The notes: generated by a model not told the origin, from the letters alone. A DNA stretch of 64,000 bases from Alphaproteobacteria bacterium (GCA_050175015.1 JBFXJJ010000008.1:32001-96000), one strand, 5' to 3'; positions 39,376 to 50,160 are shown, counted from the first letter of the stretch. A program made the numbers and translations.

Positions 39376-42300
39376 TTACATTTTTCCCGAAACTTCAATA
39401 ACTCCAAAAATTATAGGAGTTGCTCTTATGTCCCCGCTATTTGAAGTCTGCTCAAGCTCTTTCATTCTTCTATCAAAATCTGCATTTGCTCGTGCTAACT
39501 CTGCTTCTTTCATAATCTTAATTTTATCGTTATTTGCCTTTTCTAGCTGGGCTTCTATCGTTTTACATCTTGCCCTGTGGCTAATGGTTAGGCTTTGCAT
39601 TTTATGTTCAACCAGCTCTTTGTTTAAAGAAAAATGTTCGTTTTTCTTTTCTAACCATTTTTGATAATGTAGGTCTTCAAGTTTGTTTAAAATGCTCTCG
39701 TTCAATTCCAACTTAATATCAGCATTTCTTGCTTGAGAAATTATGTTTAATAGTCTTTGTTCTAGAGCAATGTCATCGGTAATAGAAACTAGCATTTCTT
39801 CGTTTTTAATGCCTGATTTTAACCATTTGTATATGGCAAAATAGTATGTTCCTGATTTTAAGTCGGCATCTTCTAAAGCTAATTTAGTTTTTTTGATTTC
39901 TTTGATTTCAAAGAATTTTGCTGATTGTTTTATTAATGGGTGAAAAACTGATAAATAAACAATGTCTGGGTTGTCTTTGGCTATTTCTTGTTCAAATGTT
40001 ATAGAAAGACTAGGCTTGTTTCCCTTAAGCCATTTTTCCCATTCTCTATGCTGTGGATCGTTAGAGTTATATATGGCTTTTAAATCACTTAACAATAAAT
40101 CTCTGGCTTCTTGGCTTAATTTAAGATTTTTAATATCTTTTTCTCCAGAAATATGATTGTCTTCGTTTTTTAATTTATTGCATAAATAGCTATTCAAACA
40201 GTTTTGTAAATAATTGGGAGATAAGAAAGAATTTTCAGCATCATCTAAGTCGTTTTGCCAAGAACTTTTAGGGATATTTAAGCCAAAAAACTCTGATTGT
40301 TTTTCTTCCAAATTTTGCTCTTCTTGGATAAGTCTGATCTTATTATCTGCTAGCTGTTGTAACCTGTTTTTTCTTTCCTCATCACTTAAATTAAAGTTTT
40401 CTGCAATTTCCTTAATTTCTTGGTTTATTTCGCCAAGAATTTCTTCATTACCGCCGACTGTAGATTGAAAAACGCCTATACGCCATAAGCATCTTTCATA
40501 TATATCACCATCTACGGTATTGGGAGTTACTAAATTAATGATGGCAACGGTTTCACTTTTCTGCCCATATCTATCAATACGACCTATTCTTTGTTCTATA
40601 CGCATAGGATTCCAAGGCAAGTCATAGTTAATTAGTAAATCACAAAATTGGAAATCTAAACCCTCACAGCCAACCTCAGATGATAACAAAACATCTATGG
40701 CATTTTCATTTTCTTTAGGCATAGAAAACCGTTTTCTTAAGTCTGCTCGGTCTTCGTCTTTTATATCTCCATGAATTAAAGCAACCCTGATATTGGCTTT
40801 TTTTGTTTTTTCATAAAGATAATTTAATGTGTGCCTGAATGTGCTGAAAACCATAGCCTTGTTGTTTTCAAGGTTGTGTTTATCTAATAGGACTTTTATA
40901 AAAGCCTCAGCTTTTGGATCATAAGGGTCTAATGTTTTGGCATCTTCTATTATTTTTGAAATATCGGTTTTTATCTCATCTATAAAGTCGTTGTTATATA
41001 AAAAATCCTCATATTCATCGTTGGCATAGTTATCACCGTCTAACAAGCTAAGTCTTTTGTTTAAAATATCCGATAGCGTAGGGACAAGAGCGTAAATACA
41101 ACTTGAGGCTTGTCTTCGTATTGTTGTCATTAAAAACTTAACGAAACGTTCTCCGTGATAATAAGCTAAAATCTTTCCAACAATTTCAAGCAATTTATCG
41201 TGAAGATATTTTTGGTCTTTTGTAAACTCAACTATAATAGTTTCAGGTTTTCTTGTGGTGAAATTTCCAATATCCCTTCTTCTTGTTCTGTTTATGATGG
41301 AACTGAAAGTGTAAATTTCTTCAAGATTCTTAATGGTTTTTATTCGTTCGTTATCAAGTATCTTATGTTCTTTCAAGCCATCATATGTTTTTTGAAACAA
41401 AGGGTTCTCTCTTATAAACATTCTGCCCCATTCAGTATTAGCAACACTTTCAAGTGCAACAATAGCTTCTTTGTTCCAATCTTTGTTAGCTGTTCTGCAA
41501 CAGCTTATAGCTTTGTTAATGAAAATATTGGGGGCTGCCATTTGAGAAAAGCTGTTTTTATCTATAACTAGGTCTGGTCTTAAGACGTTTAGCAAAGTAA
41601 AGAGGTCTTCACTGCCGAGTTGAACAGGGGTTGCAGTTAAAAGTAAAACAGCTTGAGCGTTATCACATAAAAAACGAACGCCATTATGTAGCAAAGTGTT
41701 CTGGTTTCTAATATGATGAGCTTCATCAACAATTACTAAATCAAATTTAGGTGGAGGATCAAGTTCTAACAAACCATAATCTTTGCTTTTGCCTCGGCCT
41801 TGTTTGCCAAACAGGTTGTCTGAATCAAAAAGAGAGAAAGGCATAATTGCTTTAGAATATTTATGAGGCCATTCGCCTTCTAAATAAGTTTCTTGAATAC
41901 AGCTTCTTAACAAAGAACCATCTATAGAAGAAAAATCTTCATTAAAACGCTTCATTTCTATTTGCCACTTTTTCTCTGCCACAAGGGCTTTTGGACACAT
42001 AACTAAAATAGAAGATATATCCATTCTTGCTTGTAATTCTTTGATAATTAAACCAGCCTCAATTGTTTTACCAACACCCACCTCATCAGCAATTAATATG
42101 CGAGGTCTATCACTGCGAATCAACTTCATAACAGGTCTATATTGGTATGGAACAAAATTTACTCTGCCCATTCTAAGAGAAAATAGCTCTTTAAAAGATG
42201 GGGATAATATTTGAGAGCTTGTGAGATATGCCTCTAATTCTTTTTTGTTGATAATTTCAGATTTAATTTCTGGTAAGTTTTTAGATTGAAGTTGGCTTTC

Positions 42301-42936
42301 ATAATATGTTGCTATGGTATTGTTTTGAAAAACCTTATATCGTTTTTCTACGCCATCTATTATTTCTATAATTGGAAAAACTGAATTTTCATCTGAACGC
42401 AAACAAACAACATCACCCACTCTAAATAAAGAAACTTGTTTTTTTTCAAGATTATTGTTTGTCGGACTATCTTCGGCAGAAACTGAATTTTTCAATTCTT
42501 TTTGTTGCATTTCTGCAAGAGATTTTTGCTTGGTATCATTTATTATTTTTATGGTTTCATTTTTAGAGCCTAACGTTTTTAATAGTCTTTCAAGCGTGTC
42601 TGCATCTCTATAAAGTTCATTGGCAGGAACATCTTCAGATGATAAATGAGCCCACTTGTTTCTGACATTTTGCAACTCTTTTAGCCAATTTCTAGCCTCT
42701 CTTGGTAAATTGATGATAGATGTAATCTCATACCAGTTTTGATCTAAAATTCTTAACAATGCAGCAAAGTCTAGCTGTTCAAGACTTTTTACATTTTTTT
42801 CCCTTATTATTCGTTGTTGCTGAAAACTAAGTCTTTCGATAACGCTTTTTTCCCACCAGTTAGAATCTGTTTTGGGTAGAATGTCATTTAAAAAAACGGT
42901 TAGGTCTTTAGTTGCTAAAGAAATTAAATCAATCAA
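39376..42936 (-). CDS. Swt1-like HEPN + SNF2 (RapA-like) helicase
   Basis: LDFAALLRIL...RNKWAH (Rx4H); ADEVGVGKT, DEAH, LTATP, GCEGLDFQ, WNPMRIEQRIGRIDRYGQ; TTG start with AAGGAG RBS. Confidence 0.85.
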   Translation of the reverse strand: MIDLISLATKDLTVFLNDILPKTDSNWWEKSVIERLSFQQQRIIREKNVKSLEQLDFAALLRILDQNWYEITSIINLPREARNWLKELQNVRNKWAHLSSEDVPANELYRDADTLERLLKTLGSKNETIKIINDTKQKSLAEMQQKELKNSVSAEDSPTNNNLEKKQVSLFRVGDVVCLRSDENSVFPIIEIIDGVEKRYKVFQNNTIATYYESQLQSKNLPEIKSEIINKKELEAYLTSSQILSPSFKELFSLRMGRVNFVPYQYRPVMKLIRSDRPRILIADEVGVGKTIEAGLIIKELQARMDISSILVMCPKALVAEKKWQIEMKRFNEDFSSIDGSLLRSCIQETYLEGEWPHKYSKAIMPFSLFDSDNLFGKQGRGKSKDYGLLELDPPPKFDLVIVDEAHHIRNQNTLLHNGVRFLCDNAQAVLLLTATPVQLGSEDLFTLLNVLRPDLVIDKNSFSQMAAPNIFINKAISCCRTANKDWNKEAIVALESVANTEWGRMFIRENPLFQKTYDGLKEHKILDNERIKTIKNLEEIYTFSSIINRTRRRDIGNFTTRKPETIIVEFTKDQKYLHDKLLEIVGKILAYYHGERFVKFLMTTIRRQASSCIYALVPTLSDILNKRLSLLDGDNYANDEYEDFLYNNDFIDEIKTDISKIIEDAKTLDPYDPKAEAFIKVLLDKHNLENNKAMVFSTFRHTLNYLYEKTKKANIRVALIHGDIKDEDRADLRKRFSMPKENENAIDVLLSSEVGCEGLDFQFCDLLINYDLPWNPMRIEQRIGRIDRYGQKSETVAIINLVTPNTVDGDIYERCLWRIGVFQSTVGGNEEILGEINQEIKEIAENFNLSDEERKNRLQQLADNKIRLIQEEQNLEEKQSEFFGLNIPKSSWQNDLDDAENSFLSPNYLQNCLNSYLCNKLKNEDNHISGEKDIKNLKLSQEARDLLLSDLKAIYNSNDPQHREWEKWLKGNKPSLSITFEQEIAKDNPDIVYLSVFHPLIKQSAKFFEIKEIKKTKLALEDADLKSGTYYFAIYKWLKSGIKNEEMLVSITDDIALEQRLLNIISQARNADIKLELNESILNKLEDLHYQKWLEKKNEHFSLNKELVEHKMQSLTISHRARCKTIEAQLEKANNDKIKIMKEAELARANADFDRRMKELEQTSNSGDIRATPIIFGVIEVSGKM

Positions 42937-43030
42937 AAGATTCTCCTTAACTCAACATAAATTTAAAATATCGAACCAAAATTATAATAGTTATATTAAG
43001 TTTTAAAGTCGATATTTTTACTAAAATAAA

Positions 43031-43112
43031 TCGTTGAGCAATAAAGTTGCGAATAATGATTTTCCCATTAGGGCAGGATTAAAGTAGTATTACTTTTACT
43101 ATCCTGCCTTCT
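43031..43112 (+). other. IncP/RP4-like origin of transfer (oriT2)
   Basis: CGTTGAGC..GCGAATAA block, inverted repeat GGGCAGGATTAAAGTAG/TTACTTTTACTATCCTGCC, canonical MOBP nic TATCCTG^C at 43106/43107. Confidence 0.82.
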
Positions 43113-43230
43113 AAAAGTGTGAGAAATTTTGAGACATTATAAAAATTGATAAATTTTAAAAAAGCCTTTGTTTTCTAGGTATTTAAAGCGTTAAATATTC
43201 AAAACTGATTAATAAGGGCATCAAAATGTC

Positions 43231-43350
43231 TCAAGAGTCTTGAAAAGTCTTAATAATTCTTAATTTTTCTTAAAAAATCTTAAAATTTCTTAAAGTGTTT
43301 CAAAAAGTCCTAAAAATTCTTAAAAAATCTCAATTTGTTTCAAATGTCTT
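43231..43350. repeat. Degenerate 10-bp tandem array (about 12 units, consensus TAAAAAWTCT) between the two oriTs
   Basis: tgaaaagtct taataattct taatttttct taaaaaatct taaaatttct taaagtgttt caaaaagtcc taaaaattct taaaaaatct in exact 10-bp register. Confidence 0.85.
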
Positions 43351-43377
43351 AAAGTTTTTGAATTTTCTCATCAATTT

Positions 43378-43445
43378 GGAGGGCAGGATAGTATCAGCAA
43401 TATTGCTGATAAATTTTGAGGGCTTATTCGCCTTCAGCTCAACGA
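43378..43445 (-). other. IncP/RP4-like origin of transfer, inverted relative to oriT2 (oriT3)
   Basis: GGGCAGGATAG, palindrome TATCAGCAATATTGCTGATA, CTTATTCGC...GCTCAACG in the same order as the RP4 oriT core; nic on the minus strand at 43384/43383. Confidence 0.82.
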
Positions 43446-43591
43446 TAAAAACCTACGGGACACTGTAGGGACACTTTTTTATAAAAACGGGTAAAAATGG
43501 GCAAAAAATGACAATCTCTCTTTTTTCACAAGAGCTTGGTTTTCTTATTGTTTTTGATTGTAAGCGGTTGATATTATTGTCTTTTTGAGAA

Positions 43592-43638
43592 CTCCGAAGC
43601 CGAAGGTCGCAGGTTCGAATCCTGTCGAGTGCGCCACT
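43592..43638 (+). repeat. attR of the outer island (duplicated tRNA-Arg 3' end)
   Basis: 47-bp exact copy of 3639-3685. Confidence 0.95.
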
Positions 43639-43734
43639 TAATATTTGGGGGGTTTAAAGCGAGCAGTTATTTAATATTTTTAAATTGTGAGCTTAGGCAG
43701 CGACCAGCTTTAGAGCAGGCTTAAAATGTTCTAT

Positions 43735-44976
43735 TTAAATGGCAAACGTTTTAAAAACTACTGCAAAACTTTCAGCAACAGCATTCAAGAATTCATCGGT
43801 TGAAGCATATTCGTCACGTTTTGGATTAGAATTGCCTGTAATTGCTATTCTTAAATCCTTAGTCATAGTGCCATCTTCAATGGTTTTTATACAGGTGCTT
43901 TCCAGTTTTTCTGCAAAATTGCATAGTTCTTGATTGCTATCTAATTTTCCTCTATGGCTCAGAGCTGTTGTCCATGCAAAGATGCTTGCTATCGGATTTG
44001 TACTTGTTTCTTTGCCTTTCATATGTTCGCGGTAATGCCTTGTTACAGTTCCGTGAGCGGCTTCGGCTTCAATAGTTTTGCCGTCAGGACAAACTAAAAC
44101 TGATGTCATTAATCCTAAAGAACCAAAACCTTGGGCTATGGTGTCAGACTGTACGTCACCGTCATAATTTTTACATGCCCAGATAATACCACCGTCCCAT
44201 TTTAAAACTTGGGCAACCATATCATCTATTAAGCGGTGTTCATAGGTTATGCCTGCGGTCTCAAATTTTTTAGAAAATTCCTTTTCATAAATGGAAGCAA
44301 AAATATCCTTAAAACGGCCATCATAAGTTTTAAGAATGGTGTTTTTAGTGCTTAGATATAAAGGGTATTTAAGCTGCAAGGCATAATTCATACAGCTTCT
44401 GGCAAAATCAGCAATCGATTCATCAAAATTATACATAGCCATAGCAACGCCGGCACCCTCAAATTCTGCTACGTCTAATTCTTGAGAACCGCTGTTGTCA
44501 TCGGGTTCAAAAACCAGTTTTAATTTGCCTTTTTTATTAATTATAGTTTCAGTTGCTTTATATTGATCTGCGTGGGCATGACGACCGACTACTATTGGCC
44601 GGCTCCAATTTTTAACGAGTTTTGGTATGTTCTTGCAAATTATAGGAGACCTGAAAACCGTTCCGCCCAAATAGTTTCTAATAGTGCCGTTAGGGCTTTT
44701 CCACATCTTTTGTAAGTTGAATTCCTTAACTCTGTCCTCATCGGGAGTAATGGTTGCACATTTAACGCCTACGTTGTGAGTTTTAATAGCAATCGCGGCA
44801 TCAATAGTAACTTTGTCTTGAGTTCTATCTCGGTTTTGAATCGATAAGTCATAATATAAAAGATCAATATCTAAATAAGGATAGATAAGTTTTTCTTTGA
44901 TTTTCTGCCAAATAATCCTTGTCATTTCGTCGCCGTCTAGTTCAACGACGGGATTAGCTACTTTAATTTTGTTCAT
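43735..44976 (-). CDS. icd: NADP-dependent isocitrate dehydrogenase
   Basis: [50 protein letters not shown]. Confidence 0.97.
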   Translation of the reverse strand: MNKIKVANPVVELDGDEMTRIIWQKIKEKLIYPYLDIDLLYYDLSIQNRDRTQDKVTIDAAIAIKTHNVGVKCATITPDEDRVKEFNLQKMWKSPNGTIRNYLGGTVFRSPIICKNIPKLVKNWSRPIVVGRHAHADQYKATETIINKKGKLKLVFEPDDNSGSQELDVAEFEGAGVAMAMYNFDESIADFARSCMNYALQLKYPLYLSTKNTILKTYDGRFKDIFASIYEKEFSKKFETAGITYEHRLIDDMVAQVLKWDGGIIWACKNYDGDVQSDTIAQGFGSLGLMTSVLVCPDGKTIEAEAAHGTVTRHYREHMKGKETSTNPIASIFAWTTALSHRGKLDSNQELCNFAEKLESTCIKTIEDGTMTKDLRIAITGNSNPKRDEYASTDEFLNAVAESFAVVFKTFAI

Positions 44977-44981
44977 ATTAT

Positions 44982-47675
44982 CTATTCCTTGATTTTATCA
45001 ATTAATACTGTAGGCAGAATACCGCCTTTTTTGAAGCATTCTATTTCTGAAAAAGAATCTAGTCTGCATACCGTGTTTATTTGTTGACGATTTCCGTTAT
45101 CAGCAATTATTTCTACCGACACATCATTAAACGGCTTAAGATTATTCTGAAGCAGGATATTGAACGTTTCAAGACCTGTTATTCCATATTTTTCTGCGGT
45201 TTCGCCTTCTTTAAATTGTAAAGGTAAGACACCCATGCCGACTAAATTGCTTCGATGAATTCTTTCAAAAGATTCAGCAATAATTGCTTTAACACCAAGC
45301 AGGCAAACGCCCTTAGCTGCCCAGTCTCGGCTTGACCCCATGCCATAATCTTTTCCAGCAATGATAATCAAAGGGGTTTTATCTTTTTGGTAAAGCATAG
45401 CTGTATCATAGATGCTTAAAATTTCTTTGGTTGGTTGATATATGCTGTATCCGCCTTCTTTTTCAGGTGTAAGCATATTTTTTAATCTGTTGTTGGCAAA
45501 AGTCCCTCTTACCATTACATGATGGTTGCCGCGCCTGCTGCCATAAGAGTTGAAATCTTCTTCTTTCACACCTTCATTTTTTAAGTATATTCCTGCGGGA
45601 GAACTTTTGACGATATTTCCTGCGGGACTTATATGATCGGTTGTTATGCTGTGTCCTAAATAAGCAAGGACTTTTGCATTGTTAATCGGAACTAAATTGT
45701 CTTCTTTAATATCATATACAAATGGCGGTTCCTGCAAATAAGTGCTTTTTTCATTCCAATTGTAAACATCTTGTTTCTTAATATCTATTGCCTGCCAGTT
45801 CTGCTGACCTTTTTCAACATCAGCATAAATTTCAGCAAATAAACCGCTATTGGTTGCACTGTTTAAAAATGCTTTAATCTCATCATCGTGAGGCATAATA
45901 TCTTTTAAATAGATATTTTTTTCTAGTTCATTGTTTTCAAAATCGAAGTCTATTGAACCGGCTAAGGCATAAGCTATTACCATAGCAGGCGATGCCAGAT
46001 AGTTTGCTTTAACCGCTTTATGAATTCGTCCTTCAAAATTTCTATTGCCAGAAACTACCGCGGCAACAGACAGATTCTTGTCCGCAATTGCTTTTTCAAT
46101 AGTTTCATTTAAAGAACCAGAATTACCAATGCAAGTTCCACAGCCATAGCCGACGATATGGAAACCTAGTTTTTCTAAGTATTCTAAAAGACCAGCCTTT
46201 TCTAAATAAAGTTTCACCGTTTTTGAACCTGGAATAAAGCTTGTTTTTACAAACTTTTTAGGCATAAGACCTTTTTCTACGGCTTTTTTAGCAAACAAAC
46301 CTGCGGATAACATAAGATAAGGATTGCTGGTATTAGTGCAGCTTGTAATTGATGCTAAAACTACAGAGCCATGTTTTAAAACGACATCTTGGTTGTCGAT
46401 GGTAATGATTGCTTCATCATTTATATTTTCAGGGTTAATATCTAATCCCCGCTGATTTTTCGGCAGGGTTAAATTTTTAGTCCAAGCTTTAGGCATATCA
46501 GAAATAATAACTCTGTCTTGCGGACGGCTTCGTCCTGCTACGCACGGTTTGATTTTACTGATATCAAGCTCAACAATTCGGCTGTATTCAATAGCATTTT
46601 TGCTGTCATCTCGGAACAACTGCTGCTCTTTGCAGTAAGTTTCAACAAAGTCGATATGCTCTTGTTTCCTTCCCGTGATTTTTAAATATTCTAAGGTTTT
46701 ATTGTCTACGGGAAAAAATCCCATGGTAGCTCCATATTCTGGAGCCATATTAGCTATAGTTGCTCGATCCGTTACTTCTAAATGGGGAACAGCTTCGCCA
46801 AAAAATTCAACAAAACAGCCGACAACGCCGTGTTTTCTTAATGTTTCAACTATAGTTAACGTGATATCAAAGGCATTAATATCAGCAGGTTTCTGACCGA
46901 AAAGCCTTACGCCTACAACTTCAGGAATCAGCATATGCAGGGATTCGCCAAGAGATGCAACTTCTGCCTCAATTCCGCCTACGCCCCAACCTAAGACGCC
47001 GAGACCGTTTATCATAGTTGTATGAGAATCTGCTCCTACTAAGCTATCTGGAAAGGCTATTTCCTGACCTTCTTTATTTTTTTTGCAGCTAATAACCGAT
47101 GCAAGATATTCCAAGTTTATTTGATGGCAGATACCTTGTCCTGAAGGAATTACTCTAAAATTGTCAAATGTCTGTTGCCCCCATTTTAAGAATTCATAAC
47201 GTTCTTTATTGCGGGAAAATTCTAAAGCCTGATTCGTGGACAAAGCATTATGAGAGCCAGCACAGTCAACTTGAATACTATGATCAACGACCAAATCTAC
47301 AGGAATCACAGGATTTATGTTTTTAGGGTTTAATTTGTTACGCTGCATTGCTCCTCTTAGTGCGGCTAAGTCAGCAACGCAGGCAACACCTGTAAAGTCC
47401 TGTAATAAGACTCTGGAGGGGTTGAATGCTATTTCTAAATCTTCTGATTTTTTTGGATCGTATTTTAAAATATTAGTTATTGATGAAATAGTAACGTCAG
47501 GTTTATCGGCATTTCTTATAATGTTTTCAATAAGGATTCTGATTGCGTAAGGCAATTTGGATATGTTTACATTATAACATTCTTCTAACTTTTTAAGACT
47601 GTAAATTCCAATCTCACCCAAGGGAGATTGAATCTGCGTAAAAAGGCTATCCTTTATTTGCAGTTTATTTTTCAT
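44982..47675 (-). CDS. acnA: Aconitate hydratase A
   Basis: [52 protein letters not shown]. Confidence 0.97.
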   Translation of the reverse strand: MKNKLQIKDSLFTQIQSPLGEIGIYSLKKLEECYNVNISKLPYAIRILIENIIRNADKPDVTISSITNILKYDPKKSEDLEIAFNPSRVLLQDFTGVACVADLAALRGAMQRNKLNPKNINPVIPVDLVVDHSIQVDCAGSHNALSTNQALEFSRNKERYEFLKWGQQTFDNFRVIPSGQGICHQINLEYLASVISCKKNKEGQEIAFPDSLVGADSHTTMINGLGVLGWGVGGIEAEVASLGESLHMLIPEVVGVRLFGQKPADINAFDITLTIVETLRKHGVVGCFVEFFGEAVPHLEVTDRATIANMAPEYGATMGFFPVDNKTLEYLKITGRKQEHIDFVETYCKEQQLFRDDSKNAIEYSRIVELDISKIKPCVAGRSRPQDRVIISDMPKAWTKNLTLPKNQRGLDINPENINDEAIITIDNQDVVLKHGSVVLASITSCTNTSNPYLMLSAGLFAKKAVEKGLMPKKFVKTSFIPGSKTVKLYLEKAGLLEYLEKLGFHIVGYGCGTCIGNSGSLNETIEKAIADKNLSVAAVVSGNRNFEGRIHKAVKANYLASPAMVIAYALAGSIDFDFENNELEKNIYLKDIMPHDDEIKAFLNSATNSGLFAEIYADVEKGQQNWQAIDIKKQDVYNWNEKSTYLQEPPFVYDIKEDNLVPINNAKVLAYLGHSITTDHISPAGNIVKSSPAGIYLKNEGVKEEDFNSYGSRRGNHHVMVRGTFANNRLKNMLTPEKEGGYSIYQPTKEILSIYDTAMLYQKDKTPLIIIAGKDYGMGSSRDWAAKGVCLLGVKAIIAESFERIHRSNLVGMGVLPLQFKEGETAEKYGITGLETFNILLQNNLKPFNDVSVEIIADNGNRQQINTVCRLDSFSEIECFKKGGILPTVLIDKIKE

Positions 47676-47854
47676 AATTTATGCACCTGAACAATTAAAG
47701 TATTTGACATTATTAAAAAAGCAAATGATATATCTGGAAGATAACGAGCTTTATTATTGTGTCAATATTAAATGTTGCGATGCAGCGCAACAAAATTACC
47801 AAAAACAAATTGCAGTTAAATTAATTTCATCCTTTTTACAAGGAGATAATAAGT

Positions 47855-49237
47855 ATGATTAAAGATGTTGAGACGATTAAAAATATTATATTGCAGGCAA
47901 AAGAAAAGGCCTGCGCTGAAACTTGCAACGAACCAGATCCGGATCTAGTTGATCAGGTCAAGTGGCCGGTAAGTTGTACGGTTGGTCCTGGTTTAGAGGG
48001 GGCTATTGCCAGTGAAACAAAAATTGGTTATGTGAACGGTTCTAAGGGGTGGCTGATTTATCGCGGTTACGATATTTTTGATTTGTGTGCCTATTCTACA
48101 TTTGAAGAAGTTTCCTTTCTTTTGATGCATGGGTATCTGCCAAACAAGAAAGAGCTGAAAAAATTTAAAGACAGTTTGATTAAATATCGCAAACTAAATC
48201 AAACCCTACGCATATTAATGGGCTTTCCGGTTGAAGAAATGAATGCTATGTCGGCTTTGCGACTTGGAACAAATATGATGCGTCAAGAGTTTACTCTCGT
48301 TGACAAAGGAGACAGCCGTCCTTCTTCATCAAGTGCAATCTATTCCGATGAAGACTCTATTCCTATGGAAACTCCGCCTAAAGGAGAAAAGAAAGCCATT
48401 TATGAATTTAAAAAAGGCGAAGCTAAAAAAACTCCGATTGAAGAAGCCTGCGGTCTTGATGCTTGTTATCATCTAATTTCAGGCATATCCACGATTACAG
48501 CAGCTATTGCTCGTATTTTCCAAAACAAGCTTCCGATAGAGCCTAATGCAAAATTAAGCCATGCAGGGAATCTGCTTTATATGATGACAGGTAAAGTGCC
48601 GAATCCTGTAGAAGAAAGGATTATGGACATTTGTTTAATTTTACATGCTGATCATGGTATAAATGCAAGTACATTTACGGCGATGGTGGTTGCATCAACT
48701 CTTTCTGATATTTATCTTTCAACAGGTTCTGCCATTGCCGCTTTATCGGGGCGGTTGCACGGCGGAGCAAACGAAGAAGTTATTAATATGCTCAAAGAAA
48801 TTGGTTCTCCTGATAATGTTGAACAATGGCTCGCAGAAAAAATGGCAAACAAAAGTAAGATTAGCGGTTTTGGTCATCGTGTTTATAAGGCCTATGATCC
48901 AAGAGCCAGAATTCTTGGTGCCCTTGCTTATAATTTTTCAACTAACGATACTGAGAGCCAAAATTTATTTAAAACGGCTGCCGAATTGGAAAAACAAGTT
49001 ATGCAGAATTTAAGCGTTAATAAAAAAGTATTTCCTAATGTCGACTTCTATTCTGGGCTTATATACAAATCTTTAGGAATTGATTCTAAATTATTTACCA
49101 ATATTTTTGCTGTGGCCCGAGTGTCAGGTTGGACGGCAAGAGTGTTCGAATATCTAAAGCATAACCGTATTTTTAGACCTCGTGCTATTTACACGGGAGA
49201 ATTCAATAAGGAATATAAGAATATCAACGAACGTTAA
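47855..49237 (+). CDS. gltA: Citrate synthase
   Basis: LIYRGY, HADHGINAST, LHGGANE, GFGHRVYK, PNVDFYSG, RPRAIY. Confidence 0.93.
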   Translation: MIKDVETIKNIILQAKEKACAETCNEPDPDLVDQVKWPVSCTVGPGLEGAIASETKIGYVNGSKGWLIYRGYDIFDLCAYSTFEEVSFLLMHGYLPNKKELKKFKDSLIKYRKLNQTLRILMGFPVEEMNAMSALRLGTNMMRQEFTLVDKGDSRPSSSSAIYSDEDSIPMETPPKGEKKAIYEFKKGEAKKTPIEEACGLDACYHLISGISTITAAIARIFQNKLPIEPNAKLSHAGNLLYMMTGKVPNPVEERIMDICLILHADHGINASTFTAMVVASTLSDIYLSTGSAIAALSGRLHGGANEEVINMLKEIGSPDNVEQWLAEKMANKSKISGFGHRVYKAYDPRARILGALAYNFSTNDTESQNLFKTAAELEKQVMQNLSVNKKVFPNVDFYSGLIYKSLGIDSKLFTNIFAVARVSGWTARVFEYLKHNRIFRPRAIYTGEFNKEYKNINER

Positions 49238-49253
49238 AAGCTAAATTTTACTT

Positions 49254-49410
49254 GATAAGGGGTAAGCGGGCATTTCGCTGTGAATATTAATGCCTAACCT
49301 ATCGTCGTTACCACCCGCGGCTCTAAGTTTTCAAGAGCCTTCATTTCGATTTCCTTACCCCGTTATCCTAGTAACAACGAGCAGGCGCTTAATGCGTTGG
49401 CTAGTGCCTC
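49254..49410 (-). ncRNA. Unassigned structured RNA candidate (multi-stem, possible pseudoknot)
   Basis: GC-rich intergenic block with stems 49254-49266/49354-49367, 49319-49324/49334-49339, 49266-49271/49313-49318 and a crossing helix 49302-49313/49369-49380. Confidence 0.5.
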
Positions 49411-49518
49411 TTCTAGTTTTACGATTAGAATTAAATTTAGAACGTATTAACATAAAATTTTGTCCTATTTCCATCTGAGCTTTTTTATCTGAGCTTTATG
49501 TTTATCGGTTTTTTGTGT

Positions 49519-49546
49519 TTGACAAAAAGACAAAAGTGTTTAAAAT
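49519..49546 (+). promoter_or_regulatory. Sigma70 promoter for the 49585 gene pair
   Basis: TTGACA - 16 bp - TAAAAT, about 40 bp upstream of the ATG. Confidence 0.65.
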
Positions 49547-49584
49547 GGTAATACTTAATTTAAATTGAAGCAGAGCAAGTTAAG

Positions 49585-50160
49585 ATGGCACAAGAAGAGA
49601 ATAATAATGTTAAGTGTTTTTATAAAATCAGGACACTTGATGACGTTCCTGATGTTTATAAAACACACCCTAATTTTGATAAGCTTATAAAAGATCCAGC
49701 TCATGGTAACAAGATGGTTCCTGGCGCTCTTCGTGAGGCTATGGCTGCGATTGAGGCAGAAAGGCAGGGGTTGGTAAAAGCTCTTGTGAGCCGCAACAGT
49801 AATGGGTATATTGACTTTATTGATGGCGATGGACGTCCTTATGATGTAAAAACACCACCGTCTCCTTTTCCGATTGGAAAATTTCCCTTTAATGAATATG
49901 CTGCAGGAAATGCGGTTTTAACAGAGTTGGATACGAGTGAACCTAATGATATAACGGGGAAAAAAGAACCTGTTAATGTCTTGCTAGATGTTTCTTATTT
50001 GACAAAAGATGATTATTTAAAGCTAAAAACATTTCTTGATGAAAACACAAATTCAGAGCAAAAGAAGAGAATAGTTGAAGTTAAAATAGATTTTGATAAT
50101 CTAGAGCATAACAAAGTTAATTCGGTTGTTTTAGATAAGCTTAAAAGAGCAGGGCGATGA
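49585..50160 (+). CDS. Putative restriction-endonuclease-fold toxin domain protein
   Basis: REAMAA...IDFIDGDGRPYDVKT resembles the PD-(D/E)xK core of polymorphic-toxin nucleases; basic tail LDKLKRAGR. Confidence 0.55.
   Translation: MAQEENNNVKCFYKIRTLDDVPDVYKTHPNFDKLIKDPAHGNKMVPGALREAMAAIEAERQGLVKALVSRNSNGYIDFIDGDGRPYDVKTPPSPFPIGKFPFNEYAAGNAVLTELDTSEPNDITGKKEPVNVLLDVSYLTKDDYLKLKTFLDENTNSEQKKRIVEVKIDFDNLEHNKVNSVVLDKLKRAGR

Noticed and set aside
43231-43350. Possible CRISPR array
   Set aside because: Units are contiguous degenerate 10-mers with no unique spacers, and no cas genes are present; better explained as phased DNA within an oriT
43031-43445. Retron msr-msd or other large ncRNA suggested by the terminal inverted repeats
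   Set aside because: No reverse transcriptase in the window, and the repeats match MOBP nic/oriT motifs
49254-49410. T-box, SAM-I, lysine or glmS riboswitch assignment
   Set aside because: Only short partial words match (GGGTGGTA, CTTATCAAG, AGCGCC); conserved cores and a suitable downstream gene are missing
49290-49478. 62-aa ORF in the intergenic region
   Set aside because: No RBS or recognisable domain; overlaps the structured element, whose GC content explains the open frame
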